Positions 1 to 6,190 of a DNA stretch of 57,313 nucleotides are shown piece by piece. Under the pieces are notes generated by a model that had not been told where the DNA came from, made no database searches, and worked only from the letters and a program-made list of their open reading frames with translations. The stretch spans positions 1 to 57,313 of the forward strand of contig JANNLP010000383.1 in the NCBI GenBank assembly GCA_031396905.1. The letters run 5' to 3'. Position numbers and translations under genes: made by a program. The stretch is from Gemmataceae bacterium. Its GTDB lineage: Bacteria > Planctomycetota > Planctomycetia > Gemmatales > Gemmataceae. How positions within the stretch are numbered: position 1 is the stretch's first letter; every line of letters begins with the position of its first letter.

Positions 1-1
1 C

Positions 2-145
2 CTGATGCAGGCCTTGCGCGGCAACGCGGACCGCGGTCTGGCGATCCTCATGGACCGCCGCACCACCAGCTTCGCCGGCACCGCCGACGAAGTTCCGGAT
101 GAGGAAGTCATCAACGCGATCAAGTCGGTACCATGCCATTATTGA
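2..145 (+). CDS. 3' end of an unidentified CDS (last 47 aa, ...EVINAIKSVPCHY-stop), truncated by the window edge
   Basis: Frame 2 is open from the window edge to TGA at 143-145, with GC-rich third positions. No family recognised. Confidence 0.35.
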   Translation: MMQALRGNADRGLAILMDRRTTSFAGTADEVPDEEVINAIKSVPCHY

Positions 146-147
146 CG

Positions 148-248
148 CAATTGCGGATTTGCGATTGATGATTGCGGATTGAAAGCCCGATAGACAATCT
201 CTCTGTCAGGGCTATTGGAATCCGCAATCCGAAATCAACAATCCGAAG
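148..248. repeat. Long imperfect palindrome built from GCGGATT/TCGGATT/GCGATT heptamers, directly upstream of the E2-like gene
   Basis: Left arm is ttGCGGATTtGCGATTgatgattGCGGATTg (150-181). Right arm is ggAATCCGCAATCCGAaatcaacAATCCGAag (218-248). The inner stem agccc/gggct (184-188 / 209-213) encloses gaca...tgtc. The right arm ends 8 nt before the ATG at 256. Confidence 0.6.
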
Positions 249-255
249 TGTTCCC

Positions 256-681
256 ATGGGCCTACTTGATTCCGATGCCGGGAAGCGGCGGTTGTTGACC
301 GTCGAGGTGCCGGCTATTGAGCAGTACAACGCCGGGCGTGACCCGGAGTACCGGATCATTATTCACCGGCTGGGTGGGGCAGTGGTGATGCGTTATCGGC
401 TCAAGCCGGCGCATAACATCTACCTGCTCGAAACCCGTTTGCTGGCCAGTTACCCGACCGTACCGCCGGAGACGCGGGCGATCTCGCCGATGAAGCACTG
501 CCCGCACATGCTCGAAGGCCAAACCATGTGCATGTGGCGGCAAGGCTCGACCCGCGCGACCAATCGCTGGGATCCCGCCAGGTTCACGTGTGTCTTCGCC
601 GTGCAAGCCGCCTGGCGTTGGCTCGCCTGCTACGAAATCTGGCACGACACCGGCGAATGGCCCCTGCCTGAGGCGAAGTGA
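256..681 (+). CDS. UBC-fold E2-like (ubiquitin-conjugating enzyme-like) protein, 141 aa
   Basis: The translation ...YLLETRLLASYPTVPPETRAISPMKHCPHMLEGQTMCMWRQGSTRATNRWDPARF... matches the UBC core pattern: YPxxPP, HxP[NH], GxxxC, WxPA. The candidate catalytic Cys codon is 529-531. The start was moved from 172 to ATG 256 because 172-255 is the palindromic repeat. Confidence 0.7.
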   Translation: MGLLDSDAGKRRLLTVEVPAIEQYNAGRDPEYRIIIHRLGGAVVMRYRLKPAHNIYLLETRLLASYPTVPPETRAISPMKHCPHMLEGQTMCMWRQGSTRATNRWDPARFTCVFAVQAAWRWLACYEIWHDTGEWPLPEAK

Positions 682-1184
682 ATACTCCAGAAAACAAGTC
701 GACTCCAACAATTGGCAACGACGGAGGCGTGCGTACTTCACTGACAGGCGGTGACAAGATAGCAGCTTCGTTCCTTGTGATGATTCCTGTTGGCCTAGTA
801 GGAATATTTCTGGTCTGGATTTGTTTCGAGGGCGGCTCGGGTTCGGCCGACGCAGCCAAGGAGTTGATTAGGGAGATTAAGATACTGGGACCAGATTCTG
901 AGCCATTGCCGATTTCTGGATATGCGACAAAGAAGTACGACAACGGCGAATGGATAGTTGGCGTTGGCAAAGATAGTCATGGTTTCTTTGCTAAATTGAA
1001 CGGGGGCGGCACGCTGGTTGTCAAAGATAGCCGTGGGGACATTCGATGCTTTCTTGGCCATGTTTGTGGTCCAGGAGGCTTGCGTGACCGATTGAGTTGC
1101 ACCATGTCGCTAGACGACTTTTACAAGGAATTGATCGAATGGGATACGTTTGGCGAGTTGCGGTTTTCAACGAACAAAAAGTAG
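678..1184 (+). CDS. Hypothetical single-pass membrane protein (168 aa), low-GC gene lying between E2-like and E1-like genes
   Basis: The GTG start overlaps the E2 stop (GTGA at 678-681). There is one hydrophobic helix (IAASFLVMIPVGLVGIFLVWICF) followed by a soluble domain of about 115 aa. My hand count is about 49% G+C over 721-1200, versus 60-67% in sampled flanking lines. Confidence 0.6.
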   Translation: MNTPENKSTPTIGNDGGVRTSLTGGDKIAASFLVMIPVGLVGIFLVWICFEGGSGSADAAKELIREIKILGPDSEPLPISGYATKKYDNGEWIVGVGKDSHGFFAKLNGGGTLVVKDSRGDIRCFLGHVCGPGGLRDRLSCTMSLDDFYKELIEWDTFGELRFSTNKK

Positions 1185-1346
1185 CTAGTTGATTTGTGAT
1201 TCGCCCCACCGTCGTCATCGCTCGTTGTTCCATGGCCTGAGTCAGCGCGCCGCAAAGTATTCAAACCCCACCCCTTGCACGGGGTAACTTCTGCACGCAT
1301 TCACTGTGATGGATCATGAACTTGGGTATCATTCGATCGGAACGAA

Positions 1347-2159
1347 ATGGCCAAACTCCTCCAAGTCGGTGTCGGTTCCGGTGGCATGCCGGTTTTGGAT
1401 GCGGTTGCTCGCGATCCGCGCGTTGATTACGTCGCGCTATTTGATCCTGACATTTATCAGGAGCACAATGTCGAGCGGCATATGTTTGGCCGCGACGGCA
1501 TCGGCCAACTTAAGACCGAGCTTGCAAAGAAATGGTTGCACAATCGGCGGCCGGACCTTGGTGTGCACGAAATGGCATGGGATATTTGTGACCCGCGTTA
1601 TCTCAACGAGCTGAGAACATTCGCGGATGCCTGCGACATCGGCGTGTGCGCGGCCGACAACGAGCCGGCCAAGTACTCGTTCGATGCCTTAATGCGTCGT
1701 GCGGGCAAACCGTGGACGCTGGGCGAGGTTCTTTCGGGCGGCATCGGTGGATTGGTGCATCGCTTTGTGCCTGGCGGACCATGTTACGGGTGCGTGGCCA
1801 GTCATTTGCAACGCAACGTCACCGAAGCACCAAAGTCGCCTCTGCCGGACTACGCCGCGCCGCAACATGCGGTTGTCGATGTGCGCATCCCGGCGAGCAA
1901 GGCAGCCATCGCGACCATTGCGGGATTGCACGCCCTGGTGACGCTTGATCTGTTGGACAACGTTGATCCCGGGTTCACCACGCTTTTGTTATCATTGAAA
2001 AAGGTAGATGGTGTATTCGCCGAGGCGTATCGGCCGCACCGCTTTGTGGTGCCGAAGCTTGAAGGATGTTTGATTTGCGGCACGGCCAATCCGGCCGTCG
2101 CGGAGGGTGAATTGGATGTGGCCCTCGATCAAGCGTTTGCGCGATTGGGCGACAGTTGA
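1347..2159 (+). CDS. ThiF/MoeB-family E1-like adenylyltransferase (270 aa)
   Basis: It has the Rossmann loop VGVGSGG, FDPDIYQEHNVERH (the position of the D-x-D...N-x-x-R motif) and CAADNEPA. Two CxxC pairs (CYGC, CLIC) are typical of the ThiF/MoeB zinc site. Confidence 0.85.
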   Translation: MAKLLQVGVGSGGMPVLDAVARDPRVDYVALFDPDIYQEHNVERHMFGRDGIGQLKTELAKKWLHNRRPDLGVHEMAWDICDPRYLNELRTFADACDIGVCAADNEPAKYSFDALMRRAGKPWTLGEVLSGGIGGLVHRFVPGGPCYGCVASHLQRNVTEAPKSPLPDYAAPQHAVVDVRIPASKAAIATIAGLHALVTLDLLDNVDPGFTTLLLSLKKVDGVFAEAYRPHRFVVPKLEGCLICGTANPAVAEGELDVALDQAFARLGDS

Positions 2160-3288
2160 CCGCACGGCGGTTCACGTCAGCGCTGAATTGGCGGGCTTGG
2201 TCTTGACCAATCAGCCAGTGCCGTGGAATGCGGAGGCGGTGATTGTGGAAGCCGGTTTGCGCTTGCCAACCGGTGCACGTCGCAAGGACGACTTCGCATT
2301 ACGATTGCCGGGCCGCGAACCGGTGCGTGCGGAAACACTACGTGCCGAGGGCCCAGGCGATCAGCACTTCGTGGCATTCCGCATGCCGCCGCCGCGTGCG
2401 AATACCGTGGCCGAGTTGACGTGGCGCGACCGCACTCTGGGCCGGGCCGAGATTACCATTCTCTCGAAAGAGTCGTTTCTTCAATCACTGAAGTTGCAAT
2501 TGCCCACGCTGCACGTTCGCATCGGCGAAGAATGCGTTGCGGCACAGACCTTCATCGCATCACAGTGCTCGGGATTATCAATGGCCGGCCTGTTGACCGC
2601 GACGACAAGCCTGGCACCAATTGTCGAACTGGGCATGACAGTCGAGGTGCGCGGCGAGTTCGGCGTGGTCATGGCCAGCGTGCCGGTGCCGCTGACTGGC
2701 TCGCAATTGTCCGGCCGGCAGGCATTGGTCGCGGCCGCCCCGCGCAAATTGCCGAAAAAATCGGGTACATGGACTGTGCGCTGGCTGGTAGCCGAGCGCG
2801 AGTTGGCGGTGAACCGTGCTAAGGCGCTCAGCCCCGCGATTGCACGGCGATCATTGCGCATGGTCGGCACACGCTTCGCGGTGCGATCTGATGCCGGTGT
2901 TTCATTGCAACGCCAGGCGCCCGCACCGGCTGAAAATGTGATGGTCGGCCCGTGTTTTTTAGTGGCCAGCAGTGAGCCGGGCATGGCCGCATCATTGGAA
3001 TTTGAAGTATCACCCATCGGTCCGGGTGAACGGTGGACGCAGCAGGTTTTGATCACCGATGGCCCCACGCCAGTGATTCCAGGCTTGATCCCTGCAGCCG
3101 ATCTGGCCGACATCACGGGATTTGAACTGCGGCTTCGTGGCCGGCTGCTCGGAATGCTGCCGCTGCACCCGATGCCTAATGCGAAACTCACCGCCGAAGG
3201 TGGCTTCATGCCGCCGCCGGATTTCTCCTGGTCGCCAGCCGCTGAAGAGGAGTTGGGTGAGCGATTAACAAAGTTGATGGGTGGTTGA
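2116..3288 (+). CDS. Hypothetical 390-aa protein with C-terminal Gly-Gly, translationally coupled to the E1-like gene
   Basis: ATG 2116 is preceded by GGAGGG (2102-2107) at 8-nt spacing and overlaps the E1 gene by 44 nt. It ends ...ERLTKLMGG-TGA. GC3 is high. No family recognised. Confidence 0.7.
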   Translation: MWPSIKRLRDWATVDRTAVHVSAELAGLVLTNQPVPWNAEAVIVEAGLRLPTGARRKDDFALRLPGREPVRAETLRAEGPGDQHFVAFRMPPPRANTVAELTWRDRTLGRAEITILSKESFLQSLKLQLPTLHVRIGEECVAAQTFIASQCSGLSMAGLLTATTSLAPIVELGMTVEVRGEFGVVMASVPVPLTGSQLSGRQALVAAAPRKLPKKSGTWTVRWLVAERELAVNRAKALSPAIARRSLRMVGTRFAVRSDAGVSLQRQAPAPAENVMVGPCFLVASSEPGMAASLEFEVSPIGPGERWTQQVLITDGPTPVIPGLIPAADLADITGFELRLRGRLLGMLPLHPMPNAKLTAEGGFMPPPDFSWSPAAEEELGERLTKLMGG

Positions 3289-3320
3289 TTTAAGGCAGGC
3301 GATTCAACCGCATTGATTTG

Positions 3321-3446
3321 TCCAGCTGGTGCAGAATCCCACTAATTTGACGAATCTGCCACAACTTGTTTTCTAAAAAAGAGTTATGAAAGCGAGAAAA
3401 AGTCGTTTCGATCCGTTCATGTCTTTTGGAGAGGGCACCCCCTCCC
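3321..3446 (+). repeat. Copy 1 of a conserved 126-nt intergenic module (copy 2 at 22722-22847 on the minus strand)
   Basis: Ungapped alignment to the reverse complement of 22722-22847 gives about 94/126 identities by hand count. It includes TTGACG (3347-3352), a possible 23-codon ORF (3386-3457) and the GAGAGGGCACCCCCTC hairpin core. Confidence 0.7.
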
Positions 3447-3550
3447 ACTCGAAATAGACATTGAGTGGAATACCGATGCTACGGTAGAGTCGTTCCAAAG
3501 CAAACACATCCTAATCCCAGTCATTCAACCTGCGACGATGAACTACTGCT

Positions 3551-4291
3551 TCATTCCGCCATCATTTCCGCCGTCAAGTCCGCGTCGGTGAAGACTTGTT
3601 GCACGTCATCGTGGTCGTCGAGGGCGTCGATCATTTTGGCGATCTTCTTGCCCGTTTCGACATCCACTTCTTTCGGCATCTTTGCGAGCTGGGCGATTTG
3701 CGAATGGCCGATGGCCACGCCGGCTTTCTCCAGGCCCTCTTTAACTTGGATGTACGAAGCGGCATCGCAGGTGATCTCGAAGCCTTCATCGGTTTTCTGC
3801 AGGTCGTCAGCACCGGCATCCAGGGCGATGCCCATCAAGGTGTCTTCATCCAACGTGGTCGCGGTTACACTAAAAAGGCCTTTGCGCTCAAATAGGAATC
3901 CTACGTTGCCGGCTGAACCCATTTTGCCACCGGCGCGATCCATGATCTTGCGGACTTCGCCCGATGTGCGGTTACGGTTGTCCGTCATCACTTCAATCAG
4001 CACGGCCGACCCGCCGGGGCCGAAGCCCTCGTACATCAATTCTTCGAGAACCTCGGTGCCGGCCTCACCGGTGCCACGCTTGATGGCCCGTTCGATGTTG
4101 TCCTTCGGCATGGATACGTCGCGGGCTTTGTCGATGGCATAGCGGAGCTTAAGGTTGGTGATCGGATCGCCACCGCCGCTGCGGGCTGCGATGATGATGT
4201 AGCGCGAAAGCTTGCTCCACAGCTTGCCGCGCTTGGCGTCGATCACGGCTTTCTTGCCGGCAATATTTGCGTAATGAGAATGCCCTGCCAT
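3551..4291 (-). CDS. yebC: YebC/PmpR-family transcriptional regulator
   Basis: N-terminus MAGHSHYANIAGKKAVIDAKRGKLWSKL... and the 246-aa length are characteristic of the family. Confidence 0.93.
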   Translation of the reverse strand: MAGHSHYANIAGKKAVIDAKRGKLWSKLSRYIIIAARSGGGDPITNLKLRYAIDKARDVSMPKDNIERAIKRGTGEAGTEVLEELMYEGFGPGGSAVLIEVMTDNRNRTSGEVRKIMDRAGGKMGSAGNVGFLFERKGLFSVTATTLDEDTLMGIALDAGADDLQKTDEGFEITCDAASYIQVKEGLEKAGVAIGHSQIAQLAKMPKEVDVETGKKIAKMIDALDDHDDVQQVFTDADLTAEMMAE

Positions 4292-4413
4292 CGAGTCTCT
4301 CCGAAGTCACGTTGCTCAAGCCAGTGGCTCTGATAAGGACATGATAAGGATCAAGGCGGAAGGATGGAGGATGAATCGAAAACGGCGACAGAAATACGGC
4401 ATTCGACACCAAG

Positions 4414-6114
4414 TCAGTTAAGACTCTTGCTAGCGCTGGCGAGTTTGTGTTTGAGCAGGGCGGGGCGTGGATCATCCCGATGCGTACGGCTCTTTTCGCT
4501 GTGCTGCACGGCATTCGTCCAAGCCACGATGGCGCGATCGTGTTTGCCCCGGGCTGCGAGGATATCGCCGTAATGTTCCCATACCACCGCATCGAGCTTG
4601 CCGCCCGGCAAGGCCAATGCCTGTTCGATTTGTTCCTGAGCGGCAATCAAGCGACCCTGTCGAAAATACACCCAGCCGAGGCTATCGCGATATGCGGCCT
4701 CATCGCCGCCCGGGTCATCGCCGCCGATCGACTCCCGGCCCTGATCCACCGCGAAGCGGCAGAGTCTTTCAGCATCATCGAGCCGGCGATTCTGGTCGGC
4801 CCAAAAGTAGCCAAGGTTGTTATGTGCCAGTGCGTCTTTGGGTGAAAGCTCCAGGACACGTAGTAAGTGGCCTTCCGCGGCCGCGTTATCGCCTCGATAT
4901 TCAGCTAAGGACGCGAGACGCATCCGCAATTGCATTTCGGAGTCCCGGTCGCGAAACTCGTCAAAGGCCTTGCGCGCCACGGTCTGTGCGGCGTCGTGCT
5001 GGCCGAACCACGAAAGTACTTCGATTTGCAGCAAGTACTGCCGTACACCGGTGCCCCGTTTGACCACTTCGGTCGCCGCCGCTAATGCATCTTCCTCCCG
5101 ATCGAGGTGCATCAGGGCGCGGGCCTGATGAAAGTAAAATCCCTTGCGAAACTCGTCCTGATATTCTTTTATGCAACGCCGGCTTAGCTGCTCGGCACGA
5201 CTGAATTGGCCTGCCTGGCCATAAAGCATGAGCAATGCGTCATACACGCTCAAGGCATTGGCCGGACGAGCCGGCAACCACGATTTCAGAGTCGATTCCG
5301 CGACGTCGATGCAATTCCCGGCAATCCCCAGGCGAACGACTCGATAACTATCCTCTGGCCAACTACTGTCTGGCTGCGGTGCCGGGTATTTCTTCAACAG
5401 CGCCACAACAGCGGCAGGTTCGGTTTGCAATCCAGCCATGATGGCCTTGGCTCGGTCTGGCTGCCCAGGGTCCGACTCGCGCAACAGTGCGACCAGTTGT
5501 TCTGGTTTCTTCGTTTGCAGGCGTGCCAAGCTTGCATACGCAATCGGATCACTGTGGTCCTCTAACCATGTCAACAACCGCGATTCGTTGCGTTCGCACT
5601 CCGCGAGAGCGGCAATTGGGCCGGCCAGCTTCGGCAGTGCATCGGCCCAACGCTTCAGGTCCGGGACCAAGGTCGCAGGCCGGCCGCATTTGCCAACCAG
5701 TTCGGGCAGTTGGTTTGCCGTGATCCTATTTGTTGATGCATCGCCTGCCAGCAGTTGACGCAAAACCTTAATGTCACCGGTCAGGCGCACCACTTCACGC
5801 CGGCAGCGATCTGTGCCCGACTGATCATGGGCTAATTCATAAGCATCGGCTGCCTCGCGATAATGTTCGGCAGCAAGGTTTGCATCATCAATGGCGGAAT
5901 AGCGGCCGAGTGCTTCGCGGGCGGCAGGCAACGTCTTCGCTTTTTCGAAAGTGCGAATGGCGGCGTCTTCGTTGCCGAGTCGATCAAGTTCCCGCGCCAG
6001 CGCGAGCCATCGCGCGGGGTCGTTTGGCTGACTCTCGGCCGTCATCTGAAGTCGTTCGACCATCGACGGCACGGCCGGGGGCACAGGATCCCATGCCACC
6101 ACCAGCGCCGTCAT
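4414..6114 (-). CDS. TPR-repeat protein (about 566 aa)
   Basis: There are multiple TPR-like helical repeats, e.g. ALAHNNLGYFWADQNRRLDDAERLCRFAV and AVVWEHYGDILAARGKHDRAIVAWTNAV. The start was set at Met-76 of the ORF (MTALVV...) to avoid overlap with the divergent ATPase gene; it is uncertain. Confidence 0.75.
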   Translation of the reverse strand: MTALVVAWDPVPPAVPSMVERLQMTAESQPNDPARWLALARELDRLGNEDAAIRTFEKAKTLPAAREALGRYSAIDDANLAAEHYREAADAYELAHDQSGTDRCRREVVRLTGDIKVLRQLLAGDASTNRITANQLPELVGKCGRPATLVPDLKRWADALPKLAGPIAALAECERNESRLLTWLEDHSDPIAYASLARLQTKKPEQLVALLRESDPGQPDRAKAIMAGLQTEPAAVVALLKKYPAPQPDSSWPEDSYRVVRLGIAGNCIDVAESTLKSWLPARPANALSVYDALLMLYGQAGQFSRAEQLSRRCIKEYQDEFRKGFYFHQARALMHLDREEDALAAATEVVKRGTGVRQYLLQIEVLSWFGQHDAAQTVARKAFDEFRDRDSEMQLRMRLASLAEYRGDNAAAEGHLLRVLELSPKDALAHNNLGYFWADQNRRLDDAERLCRFAVDQGRESIGGDDPGGDEAAYRDSLGWVYFRQGRLIAAQEQIEQALALPGGKLDAVVWEHYGDILAARGKHDRAIVAWTNAVQHSEKSRTHRDDPRPALLKHKLASASKSLN

Positions 6115-6190
6115 GCTCAGCCAAATAGACAACACTCGCGCAGACCCTGGAACACGGAACAATTCGACGATTAACCATATTCTATCAGCC

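Noticed and set aside
172-255. An N-terminal extension of the E2-like ORF; the supplied ORF starts at 172.
   Set aside because: These codons run through the heptamer palindrome (148-248) and give low-complexity peptide (IRNPKSTIRS). ATG 256 directly precedes the UBC-like domain.
4149-4646. A 165-aa minus ORF bridging the yebC and TPR genes.
   Set aside because: It overlaps both well-supported genes out of frame, and its product is Arg/Ser-rich with no features.
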